Assembly (NCBI RefSeq): GCF_963921235.1
Contig: NC_086108.1
Location: 67,210,001 to 67,274,000 of the forward strand
Length of the DNA stretch: 64,000 nt
From: Mobula hypostoma
Lineage: Eukaryota
Direction: 5' to 3'
The position numbers and the translations under genes are program-made. The first letter of the stretch is position 1. Every line of letters begins with the position of its first letter. Positions 26,506-39,717 of this stretch are shown here, in pieces. The notes beneath the pieces were generated by a model that worked only from the letters and a program-made list of their open reading frames with translations, was not told where the DNA came from and did not search any database.

Positions 26506-28597
26506 AAAACATTTCAAATCATGTACGAGTTCAAATCCACATCAGGGCACAGGTGCAGCAATGGGACATACACCTGTGCTTTATAGATAAAGAAAGCACA
26601 TTCTGGGAAATGTGTAATGTTGGGAAGTCTAAGCAATTCACCGGTCCATGTGGCAAATTTTACCATCCATATCAATAATCATCTTTACACATATGCTTGT
26701 GTGCATGTATATCATTCATGATTATTTAAAATTAATTTGTCATCTCTAAGTACTTGACACAAAGATGTAATTTTTCAACTCAAAGGCAAATTGCATCTGG
26801 GTACTAAAGTCTCTGGGATCACATTTACACATGCACCAAGGGAAATTAAAGTAAAAATGATTGGCATATTGGTGAATAAGGGATAGGGGTGGTGAAGTTA
26901 GAGGATGACCTCAGGTCAAAAATGAAACGATGATTTAATTTGTAAGCAGATACAAAAATTGTTGAGGTGGGAGACTGAATTCCTGTGCAAGATCTCAAGT
27001 AATGCAAACCATCTGCTCCAAAGAGTTCAGTGATTTCCCAAACACCTCCACATTCTTAGCAAGTTACAAATTTTGACTAGTTTTTCAGTTTCAGGTGTTT
27101 GTTCTACATTGATAACAAAACTTAAGTTTCATGGACAAAATATTAATTCAAGCCCCTCTTCTGTAGCGTTATCATTTGATTTGTAAAGGTTATATAATTG
27201 GGAAGTTTTGCTGAAACCTGTGAATCAAGTAGAATTTCTTTGTTATTTTTACGCAATAGAAATTCTTAAAGGAAGGTTCTTGGCCCATAATTTCAAATGT
27301 GAAGCTGTGCATTATATTTGTTCTAATTGCTGATGACATCATTATAAGTAATATGCTGAAATGTTAATAAGCCAACTTTAAAAGGGGCTAAATCAATATG
27401 CAAACAATGTTGATGAACCATTAACAGAATTACTTCCACAGATGTTAATCTCCTGGGCCATCAAAATCAATATGGTGGTCTTAAAATGGTATATAGCCAG
27501 TCAGCTTTAGGAATAATTCTCCCATGATCTATACTTCCCCTCACTCTCACATGCATAGATTTTGTTTGAAAACTCTCACTCTAGAATTGATGGTATTTTA
27601 AATTTCATTCATTCTAGAGGTATGAAGTAGAACACTGCTGTAGGATATATAGCACCCTATGTGTCATTATGGTGGTTTGACTTGCGGTAGTGTTCCTCAA
27701 TGCCACTAGGTTATCACACAGTGTATCATCACCATGAAGTTGCATAAATGTGAGGTCAGGCACATATTTCTGTTTTTTGGTACAAGGAGGAGAATATAAA
27801 TTAGAAAGTAAGTATTCTAAAGTGAGAAAGGGTTTTACAAATTAAGATATTGTGACACTGAAAGAACACTCCAATGATTTGATCATTATAGGACTTTGTT
27901 TCGATATCCATCAACATTGTCTCACCATTTGTCATAACATGTTAAGTGTTTCTGACCAATGTAACCATTAAAGAACTCACTGAAGTTCATGTATCACTTT
28001 ATGGTCAAGACCCTGCAACTCAACACATGAAGTAAGTTTATGGGTAAGCTACTAGAAACTGAGATGAGGATCACCTAGCACACCTTCAAAGATAAATAGT
28101 GTGTTATTATTTGAGAGCTTCAGTCTATTTTTCCCCATTTGAAAATTCTATGTAAAATTCTTATCAGCCCCTTTTTCAATGTCCCCAGTGTTGCTGTTAG
28201 GCGAATACTTATTGCTTTATTGGAAAATTAGACTGCAAATAACTTTTTGATTTAAATGTTGTGATTTATTATAACCATTAACCAAAATATTATTTGACTT
28301 TGGTACAGTGGTAGGACTATGACCATTCAACGTATTTCTGTACTATTTGAAAATCTGCTTGGTGCCCAAAGGCCTAGGGTATGAGATATGAAAGCTGCAG
28401 CAAAACACTGTTTTCCTTGAGTTGGAGATAACCTTTACTCAATATACTCACTTCTTTTTAAACACCCGTTCCAACAGTTCACCTTCTGAGGCATTGGATC
28501 TCCCTGTCGCAGCTTCATAGCAGCCAACAGTTTTGTGGAGAGCAGCTCCATGCTGCTAACATGAGGAGAAACTCTTCCTGAGGATCAGCCAAGGTAT

Positions 28598-30420
28598 GGA
28601 ATTGGAATTGGTTTATTATTGTCACATACACCAAGATACAGTGAAAAGCTTGTCTTGCACGTTGTTCATGTAGATCGGATCTTTACACAGTGCATTGAGG
28701 TAGAACAAGGTAAAACAATAACGGAATGCAGAATAAAGTGCAACAGTTAAAGAGAAAGTGCATTGCAGGTAACCAATAAGGTGCAAGATAATAATGAGGT
28801 AGATTGTGAAGACAAGGATACATCTTATTATACTAGGGGATCCTTTAATAGATTTATAACAGTGGGGAACACGCTGTCTTTGATCCTGGTGGTACATGCT
28901 TTCTGATGTCCGTATCTTCCACCTGATGGGAGGGGGAGAAGATTTCTGGGTAGGGTCTTTGATTATGCTGTCTACTTTACTGAGACAGCAGGAAGTATAG
29001 ACAGAGTTCATGGAGGGGAGGCTGGTTCCTATACAAGAGAAAATCTGCAGATACTGGAAATCCGAACAACACGCACAAAATGCTAGAGGAGCTCAGCAGG
29101 CCAGGCAGCATCTATGGAAAAGAGAACAGTCAATGTTTCAGGCCGAAACCCTTCAGCAGGACTGGACTGGAGAAAAAAAAAGGCTGGTTCCCATGATGGG
29201 CTGAACTGTGCCCTTAGCTCTCTGTGGTTTCTTGTGGCCAAGTGCAGAGCAACTGCCATACCAAGACATTATCCATCCAGACAGAATGCTTTCTTAGATG
29301 CAGATATAAAAATTGGTAATAGTTGATAGATTATGCCAAATTCCTTAGCCTCCTGAGGAAGCAGAGGCATTGGTGAGCTTTCTTGGCCGTGGCATCAACC
29401 TGGTTGGACCAGGATAGGCTATTGGTGATGTTTATTCTGAGAAACTTGAAGCTCTCTGTCCTGTTAACCTCAACACGTTGATGAGGACAGGAGTATGTGT
29501 AACAGCCTTTTTCTGAAATCATTGACCAGCTCTTCCATTTTGCTGAGATTGATGGAAACATTGTTGATATGACACCATTACTAAGCTCTCCATCTCCTTT
29601 CTATATTCTGAGTCAGTAAGAGTAGAGATGGGGACTGAGGATGCAACCTTATAAAGCTTAGAATAATCATGGCAGAGGTGTTGTTGTCTATCCTTATTGA
29701 TTGTGGTTAGTTGGTCAAGAAGTCAAGGATACAGTTGTAGAAAGAGGTGTTGAGACCCAGGGTCTGGAGTTAGTGATGAGTTTGTTTGGAATAATGGTAT
29801 CAAAGGCCGAGTTGTAATCAATAAACAATAGGCTGATGTATTGTACACATCTTTGCAGTCCAGTACAGATGCTCAAGCCTGGGAAATGGCAGTAGCCAAA
29901 TTACAGTGGGTGAAGGTTGTCTGGAAGGATGGATTTGATGTGTGCCATGACCTGCCTCTCAAAGCACTTAAAGATGGCAGATGTCAGAGCCACTAGGCAG
30001 TAGTCATTAAGGCATGTTATTTTGTTTATCTTAGGTACCCAGATGATAGTGGTATTCTTAAAGCAGGTGGGAACCACAGATTGAAGCAGACAGAAGCTAA
30101 AAATCTCTACAAATACCCTGCCTAGTGATCTGCACAAAATCTAAGGGCATAGCCAGGGACAACATCTGGGCCTAATGCTTTCTGAGGGTCCACTCTCTGG
30201 AAATCTGGTCTTTTGTCTGCAGTGGTGATTGTGGGTTCAGGAGCACTGGAGGCTGTCAGTGTGGTATACCCATTCCCCTCTGCTCAAAACATGCACAGAA
30301 GATGTGATGCTCATCAAAAGGGGATTTTCTGTTGTCAGCAATGCTACCGCCTTCGTTTTGTTACTTATAGAATGTAAGCCCTGCCACAACTGATAACTGT
30401 ATTAGATTAGGATTCACTTT
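28598..30420 (-). mobile_element. Rex1/Babar LINE, degraded, containing a Penelope-like insert
   Basis: ORFs 29901..30137 (VPTCFKNTTI, LNDYCLVALTSAIFKCFER) and 29331..29561 (ESFKFLRINITNSLSW). Tail (GGAATT)n at 28598. Confidence 0.88.
29033..29180 (-). mobile_element. Penelope-like short insert with a minimal hammerhead motif
   Basis: Flanked by AGGCTGGTTCC(T/C)AT at 29019-29032 and 29181-29194. Minus strand 29164-29127 reads CAGTC CTGCTGA AGGGTTTCGGCCT GAAA CATT GACTG. Confidence 0.8.
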
Positions 30421-30549
30421 AACAGCAACTGTAATAAAATAACTTATACAATCAAAAACTTTCTGATCCCTGATGGATCAAGTCATATATCCTTCAGTCC
30501 ATTTGATAATTTTCTATATACATCTTATAATCCTTCTAACACTAATCAT

Positions 30550-30795
30550 CCTAGGTTGATTTAGAGAGGACCTGAGGAGGATATTATTTCACTCAGTGCT
30601 TGAAGTCAGGAGTGTACTGCCTCGGATGGTGGAAGCAGAGATTCTTACAACATTTAAGAATCATAAAGGCAGAGAAGGCTATGGAAAGGGTGCTACTAAG
30701 TAGAAGTTTTACGGAGGGTATTTGATCATCAGCGTAGAAACGATAGCCGAAGGACCTGTTTCCATATCACCTAACTCCATTATGATGACTATGAG
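30550..30795 (+). mobile_element. Old CR1 3' fragment
   Basis: TTTAGAGAGGACCTGAGG..TTTCACTCAG and GCCGAAGGACCTGTTTCC 3' UTR remnants. Confidence 0.65.
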
Positions 30796-31208
30796 TCTCC
30801 ACGTGATTTGCAATCAGCCATTCAGTGCTTTGACGAGGAATAGCCAACTGTTTAGAGCTCTCAGATGTTCAGGGTAAGGTTTGCAGATGCTGATGCTCCT
30901 GGCACTTTTCCCAGCATGTTCAGGGTTGAACGCTCCGCTGGTATGCTGGTATCTAGATGAGAGGTTGCCTCCAGCCCTTTTACCCATAAGCTGGAAGTGG
31001 CTATAGGGAATTCCCATTTGTGAATGTATTGGGAATCCTAGTGTATTTTTCCTCTGCTGACAGGAATTTTGCCTTTCTTGGTGTCAAGTCAGCTACTCTG
31101 GATTACTGAAAAGCTTGGCTCCTGCCCCATCATAATAATACTGTTCACAAATGCCAGAAGAAATTTCAGTCCAAATATCATAGGTGAAAGAAATATGTTA
31201 AATAAGTA

Positions 31209-31397
31209 AACAACAGGAATTCTGCAGATGCTGGAAATTCAAGCAACACACATAAAAGTTGCTGGTGAACGCAGCAGGCCAGGCAGCATCTCTAGGAAGA
31301 GGTGCAGTCGACGTTTCAGGCCGAGACCCTTCGTCGACACCTCTTCCTAGAGATGCTGCCTGGTCTGCTGCGTTCACCAGCAACTTTTATGTGTGTT
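31209..31397. mobile_element. Young Penelope-like fold-back insert with a hammerhead-like loop
   Basis: 60-bp inverted arms 31245-31304 / 31338-31397 with one mismatch. Exact 13-bp direct repeat TGTTAAATAAGTA at 31196-31208 and 31394-31406. Confidence 0.88.
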
Positions 31398-31712
31398 AAA
31401 TAAGTACATCAGTAGTTCAAAGCTAGCTGAGCTTTAACATTTTTCGCTGGTGGAGAATTAAACGGGCTTGGCTCCTCAAGGAGAATGTGAAAATGTCCCA
31501 CCACAGGTTTGCCCACTTAGCTCATGAAAATTGCTCTCAGTGGCTTCCTAAACGCAGAAAACGTTCATGCCCCTGTGGGTTCCTATTCAACACTGAATTA
31601 ATATGCAGAGTTTGCAGGCTCATATGCAGGAAGCGGGGAGAACTCTCCAGAGAGTCTGGTTTATTCAAGTGTTTATGCACACAACAAGCACATGATCAAA
31701 CAAAGATTTATG

Positions 31713-32254
31713 CACTCAGTGGCCACTTTATTAGGTACCTCTTATACCTAATAAAATAGCCACTAAGTGTACGTTCGTGGTCTTCTACTGCTGTAGCCCA
31801 CACACTTCAAGGTTCAACATATTGTCTATTCAGAGATGGCTTCTGCACATCACTGTTCTAACAAGTGGTTATTTAAATTACTGTTGCTTTCCTGTCAGCT
31901 TGAACTAGTCTGGCCGTTCTCCTCTGACCTCTCGCATAAGGCTTTTCCAACCATAGAACTCGTGCTCATTTTTTTTTACTTACTCTGTAAACTCTAGAGA
32001 CTGCTGTGTGTGAAAATCCGAGGAGATCTGCAGTTTCTGAGATACTCAATCCACCCTGTCAGGCACCAACTCGCATTCCACAGTCAAAGTCACTTCGGTC
32101 ACATATCTTCCCCATTCTGATGTTTGGTCTGAACAACAACGTGACTATATCTGCATGCTTTTATGCATTGAGTTGCTGCCACGTGATTGGCTGATTAGAT
32201 ACTTACATTAACAAGCAGGTGTACAGGTGTATTGAATAAAGTGACTCCTGAATG
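31713..32254 (-). mobile_element. Tc1-family internally deleted DNA transposon
   Basis: TIRs CACTCAGTGGCCACTTTATT ... AATAAAGTGACTCCTGAATG followed by TA. Internal sequence is homologous to 6287-6752 and 53966-54506. Confidence 0.88.
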
Positions 32255-33769
32255 TAGATGCCACAGATTGGCATCGACTCCCAGGAACTGCAATATCTAC
32301 CAGCATCCACCTGCAGTCAAGAAGCTAATTGGAGGGTCTGCACAGGAAACGTAAATGTTGTGGTCAGCCAGCACCAAGGTTAATGGCTAAAAACATCAGA
32401 CAGGAATGAGTTCAGAAAATGCCATCTTCTCTCCCTTATGAAAGTGTTGGTTAATTTACCTGTGATTCTCTTTAGAAGTCACATTACCTACATATAGTCT
32501 ACGCATTCACATATATGTATGTCTTTAACATGGCTATTGTTAAGTGAGGAACCTGTGCCCCTTCTGGCCACTGCTCATATTCTTTCACCGCTTTCCACCC
32601 ACCCGCACCCCTCCCCCACCACCCCCACCACTTAACATTTGTCAAAACTATTTCAACACTTATTGACTTAGTTTTGTTCATGAACTATCTGTAGAAGTTT
32701 TCCTGTGGGAGTAGGATGGAGCGGGAAGGAGATGAAAGGTTTATTAAAGCAAATAGTGAGTTGGGTCAATTGGAGGCCTTAGCTTAAATGGATCCAGTTA
32801 GCACTAAATCAAAGCAGCCTTTGCTGGCTATCACTTGTACAGCTTTGAAGTCTCCTCCTTGTGCAATCAAAATTGTTGCATGTGGTTAACATGCCGTGAT
32901 CACCACACTGCCAAAGATTGTAATGTCCTTTTGTTTCTTCTGAGAACGAGGCTGTAACGCCAGAATTATAAAATGAAAAAGGTTTATGGCTAGAGATTTT
33001 CTAGAAAAAAAATTGTTCCATACCCAGTTCCCAAATCTCATCTCAATATCATTAGTTTTCCAGTACAAATGAATGGAGGTATTTATCCTCATCCTTTTAA
33101 ATAAACTTCATCAAATTTTATATCTACAAGATTAGATAAGCAAATGGCTATCCATGAAACACTTTTTGTAAGCTGTCCTGATATATTAACGGTTGTGCTA
33201 TTGGTAAAAAAAACATTGCAAGTAGAAAAATATGATGGCGCTGAAAATGATAAATAGAAAACTCATAAAATTGCCATCTGGAACTGTATCACTTGTCTTT
33301 ATGATGTAGAAAAATCTGGCAGCCTTTCGATTTCATGTCTAGAACAAGAGTAATTCAGTGTGTGCAGGGGATGGAAAACATGATGCTAACAAGATGCAAA
33401 ACAATTGCAAATGGTAACTTTGTTCTTGTCTGAAGATACTGAGTGAGTTAGTTTGATGCACAGAGGGAAACCGGAATTGGTATGCACCATCAAGGAAAAA
33501 TATAGAGGGAAACAAATAGAAGAAATATTCGTCACTGCAAATATATTATCAGCAATTTAGTGAAAGTGATCTGTTACGACAGGTAGATTTTGTCCATAAA
33601 ATGGACAGTAGCTTATCCAGGTAAGAGGACAATTTTCTCACCTTGTCCTGAACCTTAATAGGAAAAACAGAGAAATGTCATGTTACAATCGAGATTACAT
33701 AATGATGCAATGTTATCAGCATTAATCAAATTACCATATAGTAGCCAGCAGGACCTTCAGTAATTAATT

Positions 33770-34051
33770 CCATGTACATTGAAGCATACAATGAAATGTT
33801 TCGTTTGTATCATGGTTAACAATATGCTGGGGTTAGCACTCAAGTGCTGCCACACTTGCAGTGCCAACATAGGATGCCCTCTAACGCTAACCATACATCT
33901 TTGGGATGTGGAAGGAAATGGGAGCTCCCGAAGGAAACCAGCACGATCATGAATATATCAGCTCCTTATAGACAGTGGCGGGAATTGAAAAATCAGCAAA
34001 AGCAAAGCAGGCGCTCTAAAGCAATTGTGTTAACCATGATGCTACCATGCC
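33770..34051 (-). mobile_element. tRNA-derived SINE (V-SINE/HE1-like central domain)
   Basis: Minus strand starts GGCATGGTAGCATCATGGTTAAC (A-box-like). The plus strand shows the central TTTGGGATGTGGAAGGAAA..GAGCTCCCGAAGGAAACC and GACAGTGGCGGGAATTGAA. It has a LINE-like 3' tail. Confidence 0.7.
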
Positions 34052-34869
34052 CAACAGCTCTACTGTTCATTGTGCATCACCTCCACTCACACTCAAGGTT
34101 ACTCCAACCTCAGTTATTAAGCTCAGACACCACATATACATGTGCTCAGTTAAGGAGGTTGAGCAGATGCCAAGAAGGTGCTTGACCTTTCCTAAATAAC
34201 ATTTGATTAGCGCAGACAAAGGCATCAGTCCTTCCATCTGGAAATAATGGAAGTACCGAAAAGGAGTAAGAAGTCAAGGTAATGTTGCCCCATTGATTCA
34301 CCAACTCCATCCACCTGCATTGTCACTCAACATTAAAAAATACATCAAAATAAGGACCAATACAATTTATCTGTCACACAAATTTGGTCAAAAGCAGTGG
34401 TACTAAACAGGCCAATAGCAAATCAGGCAACCATTTACATCATGTAAGTTTGTGGAACAACACCTTATCTTCCATCAGTTACAGTTTGCAGGACTCAGTA
34501 TCAATTTGGCAGCATTCTGTAGCTCCATTGTGCTATGGGTTCAAAAGTGCCATCTGATTCTACCTGGATAAGTGCAACTCACATTGTGTCTGAGTAATTC
34601 AGGGAACAAGATCAAGGCATAAACCTTACATCAACCAGAGAGACATGAATGGGCTTCCATTTCTCCTTCTCCCTCCATTATCATTCTTCTTTTTGTGATA
34701 TCCATCTGAAACCGTGGAAGGACATATTGATGATGATTCACTCAGTGGTAGCAGAATCATAGTCGGCCAGCTCCTGTTACCATGAGATGGATGAACCTGC
34801 TGCTCATTGTCAACACACACAGTAAGGGTGATGCCTCCAAAGGTCAAAAAAAGCTGTAAACACTAGACA

Positions 34870-35037
34870 TCAGAAATAAAAACACAAAATGCAAGAGACA
34901 TTCAGCAGGAGGTCAAGCAGCTTCTGCGGAAAGATAAACAGATTTAACATTCCAGGTTGGAGTCCTTTTGTTTGACTCTACTTTATTTCTACAGATACTA
35001 CCTGATCTGAGACTTGCCAGCATTTCCTGACTTTATT
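34870..35037. mobile_element. Old Penelope-like inverted repeat pair
   Basis: AATAAAAACACAAAATGC..CAGCAGG..TCAAGCAGCTTCTG is mirrored by CAGATACTACCTGATCTGAG..GCCAGCATTT..TTTATT. Confidence 0.55.
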
Positions 35038-35162
35038 CTATGAAACAGGATTACTTAAGTAATGAATCAGTCATTTAGCACAAACACACATGTCGATACT
35101 TATAATTCACATGAACCTCCTCTTCTTTCCCTAACCCAATTAACATGTCTCTCTCTTTAAAC

Positions 35163-38100
35163 CGCATGGATTGTTGCCTCCCGGGTGCCAGGGTCAGGGA
35201 TGTCTCTGACTGTGTGCATGACATCCTGGTATGAGAGGGAAAGCAACCAGAAGACGTGATACATGTTGGGACCAACAACATAGGCAGGAAGAGGGATGAG
35301 GTCCTGAAGTGTGAGTTTCGGGAACTAGGCAGAAGGTTGAAGAACAGGACCTCAAGGGTGGCGTTCTCAGGATTGCTGCCAGTGCTATGTGATAGTGATG
35401 GTAGAATTGGAGGAGATGGCAGTTGAATGCGTGGCTGAGGAGTTGGTGCAGGGAGCAAGGTTTTAGATTTTTGGATCATTGGGATCTCTTCTGGGGAAGG
35501 TGGGACCTGTACAGATTGGATGGGCTGCACCTGAACTCGAGGGGGAGCAATATCCTTGCAGGTAGGTTTGCTAGCATGGTTCGGGAGGGTTTAAACTATT
35601 TTGCAAGGGGGATGGGACCCAGAGCGATAGAGCAGTGAAAGAAGTGCATGGAGTAAAGCCAGATCTAACATATAGAGAGGCTTTGAGGAAAGAGAAGCAG
35701 AATAAACGGTGTAAAGACAGTAAGGTAGAAGGGCTGAAATGTGTGTACCTCAATGCAAGAAGCATCAAGAACAAAGGTGATGAACTGAGAGCTTGGATAC
35801 ATACATGGAATTATGATGTAGTGGCCATTACAGAGACTTGGCTGGCACCAGGGCAGGAATGGATTCTCAATTTTCCTGGATTTCAGTGCTTTAAAAAGGA
35901 TAGAGAGGGCGGAAAAAAGGGAGGAGGGGTGGCATTACTGGTTAGGGATACTATTACAGCTACACAAACGGTGGGTAATGTAGCAGGATCCTCTTCTGAG
36001 TCAGTATGGGTGGAAGTCAGGAACAGGAAGGGAGCAGTTACTCTATTGGGGGTATTCTATAGGCCCCCTGGTAGCAGCAGAGATACAGAGCAGCAGATTG
36101 GGAGGCAGATTTTGGAAAGGTGCAAAAATAACAGGGTTGTTATCATGGGTGACTTTAACGTCCTAATATTGATTGGCACCTGATTAGTTTCAAGGGTTTA
36201 GATGGGGCAGAGTTTGTTAAGTGTGTCCAGGATGGATTCTTGTCACAGTATGTGGACAGGCCAACTAGGGGGAATGCCAGACTAGATCTAGTACAGTACT
36301 AGGTAATGAACCGGGTCAGGTCACAGATCTCTCAGTGGGTGAGCATCTGGGGGACAGTGACCACCACTCCCTGGACTTTAGCATTATCATGGAAAAGGAT
36401 AGAATCAGAGAGGACAGGAAAATTTCCAATTGGGGAAGGGCAAATTATGAGGCTATAAGGCTAGAACTTGCAGGTGTGAATTGAGATGATGTTTCTGCAG
36501 GGAAATGTACTATGGACATGTGGTTGATGTTTAGAGATGTCTTGCAGGATGTTAGGGATAAATTTGTCCCAGTGAGGAAGATAAAGAATGGTAGGGTGAA
36601 AGAACCATGGGTGACAAGTGAGGTGGAAAATCTAGTCAGGTGGAAGAAGGCAGCATACACGAGGTTTAGGAAGCAAGGATCAAATGGATCTATTGAGGAA
36701 TATAGGGAAGCAAGAAAGGAGTTTAAGAAGGAGCTGAGAAGAGCAAGAAGGGGGCATGAGAAGGCCTTGGCGAGTAGGGTAAAGGAAAACCCCAAGGCAT
36801 TCTTCAATTATGTGAAGAAAAAAGGGATGACAGGAGTGAAGGTAGGACAAATTAGAGATAAATGTGGGAAGATGTGCCTGGAGGCTGTGGAAGTGAGCGA
36901 GGTCCTCAATGAATACTTCTCTTCAGTATTCACCAATGAGAGGGAACTTGATGATGATGAGGACAATATGAGTAAGGTTGATGATCTGGAGCATGTTGAT
37001 ATTAAGGGAGAGGAGGTGTTGGAGTGGCTAGGATCTTTATGTCCTCATTGTCCATGGGAATGGTACCGGAGGATTGGAGGGAGGTGAATGTTGTCCCCTT
37101 GTTCAAAAAAGGTAGTAGGGATAGTTCGGGTAATTATAGACCAGTGAGCTTTATGTCTGTGGTGGGAAAGCTGTTGGAAAAGATTCTTAGAGATAGGATC
37201 TCTGGGCATTTAGAGAATTATCGTCTGCTCAGGGACTGTCAGCATGGCTTTGTGAAGGGAAGATCGTGTCTAACAAGCCTGATAGAGTTCTTTGAGGAGG
37301 TGACCAGGCACATAGATGAGGGTAGTGCAGTGGATGTGATCTATATGGATTTTAGTAAGGCATTTGACAAGATTCCACACGGTAGGCTTATTCAGAAAGT
37401 CAGAAGGCATGGGATCCAGGGAAGTTTGGCCAGGAGGATTCAGGATTGGCTTGCCTGCAGAAGGCAAAGGGTCGTGGTGGAGGGAGTACATTCAGATTGG
37501 AGGATTGTGACTAGTGGTGTCCCACAAGGATCTGTTCTGGGACCTCTACTTCTCATGATTTTTATTAACGACCTGGATGTGGGGGTAGAAGGGTGGGTTG
37601 GCAAGTTTGCAGACAACATAAAGGTTGGTAGTGTTGTAGATAGTGTAGAGGATTGTCAAAGATTGCAGAGAGCCATTGATAGGATGCAGAAGTGGGCTGA
37701 GAAGTGGCAGATGGAGTTCAACCTGGAGAAGTGTGAGGGGGTACACTTTGGAAGGACAAACTCCAAGGCAGAGTACAAAGTAAATGGCAGGATACTTGGT
37801 AGTGTGGAGGAGCAGAGGGATCTGGCGGTACATGTCCACAGATCCCTGAAAGTTGCCTCACAGGTGGATAGGGTAGTTAAGAAAGCTTATGGGGCGTTAG
37901 CTTTCATAGGTCAAGGGATAGTGTTTAAGAGTCGCGATGTAATGATGCAGCTCTATAAAACTCTGGTTAGGCCACACTTGGAGTACTGTGTCCAGTTCTG
38001 GTCACCTCACTATAGGAAGGATGTGGAAGCATTGGAAAGGGTACAGAGGAGATTTACCAGGATGCTGCCTGGTTTAGAGAGTATGCATTATGATCAGAGA

Positions 38101-38499
38101 TTAAGGGAGCTAGGGCTTTACTCTTTGGAGAGAAGGAGGATGAGAGGAGACATGATAGAGATGTACAAGATAATAAGAGGAATAGATAGAGTGGATAGCC
38201 AGCACCTCTTCCCCAGGGCACCACTGCTCAATACAAAAGGACATGGCTTTAAGGTACGGGGTGGGAAGTTCAAGGCGGATATTAGAGGAAGGTTTTTTAC
38301 TCAGAGAGTGGTTGGTGCGTGGAATGCACTGCCTGAGTCAGTGGTGGAGGCAGATACACTCGTGAAGTTTAAGAGACTACTAGGCAGGTATATGGAGGAA
38401 TTTAAGGTGCCGGGTTATATGGGAGGCAGGGTTTGAGGGTCAGCACAACATTATGGGCCAAAGGGCCTGTACTGTGCTGTACTATTCTATGTTCTATGT
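35163..38499 (+). mobile_element. CR1 LINE, about 3.3 kb: ORF1 SGNH-esterase remnant plus ORF2 endonuclease and RT, inactive
   Basis: CCLPGARVRDVS, HVGTNNI and LYRLDGLHLN (esterase). YLNARSIKNK, AITETWL, GGGVALLV and MGDFN (APE endonuclease). 470-aa RT ORF 37024..38436 has FADN in place of FADD. Tail (TTCTATG)n. Confidence 0.96.
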
Positions 38500-39384
38500 T
38501 TATCTCACCTTCCTTTCCCCGTAATGCTTAATGATATTATCCATGAATTCTCCTATCAGTGGTCTGCATTTCCAATCCCCTCTCTGGGTGAAAAAAAAGC
38601 TTTTGAATTCCCTATGGATTTATTGGCAAAGATCTTTTACTTTAGGGTCCTCATACAGGTCCCTTGTGGGTGAAAATATCTTCTCATTATTTATAGTGTT
38701 ACACCACAGACATTCTGTTGTAACCATTTGAAAGTGAACAGAATTTTCTTTATCATGACCTTATTAACCCATAAGGTTACTTTTCTGACTTGAAATTCTG
38801 CTCCCTTGTCCATTTGGTTAGCTACTTCCCAAAGAAAATGTGACCTCATTATTCTGCTATGTACGCTATACCATCTCACCCTTAACTGTATTGAGATTCT
38901 TTAGACAGCTGCATGATCATTGGGAAGTATGCCCATTAGCACTGGGTGCTAAATTTCTCATTAGCTCGTGGGGTCAGTACTAATCAGCGTGAAAGAAATC
39001 TGGCATCATTGAACTGCCATTGGTGATTTACTTCCCAGTATTGTTTATAAATAAAAATGATTTAAATATTTGGACAATGACTTTATAATCTGTTTAGATG
39101 TCATTTAACATTCAGATGCTGTAAAGTTTTCAGCTGTTCATTGACCTGCATATTGTAGCTTATTTTAATAGACTGCTATCCTTTGTTAGCCATCACCAGT
39201 ACATCTTGTAAATTATGTTTAAGTCCACAGCTTTGCCAAGTATCTTTATGGATCTAACAAAGAGAAATAAGGTGTGGCTTTTAAAGATTACTACCAATGA
39301 TCTATAACTGCCAAGTGGGTTTTCAAGAAAAGTGAGTCACATGTAGTTCCTTACTGTTGTCATTGCTGCAGGGGGTGGGGGTGG

Positions 39385-39717
39385 GGGGGGTAGTGGACTA
39401 AGCTCCCACTAGCTATTAAATGCTTCCAAATGCTTCCAATGATGTAGCCTCTAACAACCAATTCCAGCTTCTGGACTTTACGTGTGGCTTGAGGAAAATC
39501 TGGAGCTGAAGTCCCTAAGGCAGTCCTATGTTGAGTTCAACGCTGATTGACAACCCCTGCCGAACTCTATTATCAGTCTCTGCCATTCCTTTGGATTCAT
39601 CATGGAGAGAGGGAGTCTGCTGCATGGGCAACAGCTCACTCTCCACCTCGTACTGCCCTGGCTTGCATATCAAACAGCTAGAACGCGACATCTATGGTTG
39701 ACCCTGACCAGAGGCCT
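39385..39717 (+). mobile_element. Unclassified dispersed repeat (possibly RTE-associated non-autonomous element)
   Basis: 3' end CTGCCCTGGCTTG..CATCTATGGTTGACCCTGACCA..GAGGCC recurs at 6751-6816. Confidence 0.4.

Noticed and set aside
31196..31406. Hairpin as a pre-miRNA gene or CRISPR-like repeat
   Set aside because: It has a TSD and dispersed homologues, so it is a mobile insert; there is no repeat-spacer array anywhere in the window.
37024..38436. Longest ORF (470 aa) as a host gene or an active RT
   Set aside because: It is CR1 ORF2 with a mutated catalytic motif and a disrupted upstream region.
39370..39391. G-quadruplex-like run GGGGGTGGGGGTGGGGGGGG
   Set aside because: Simple G tract at a repeat boundary with no functional context.
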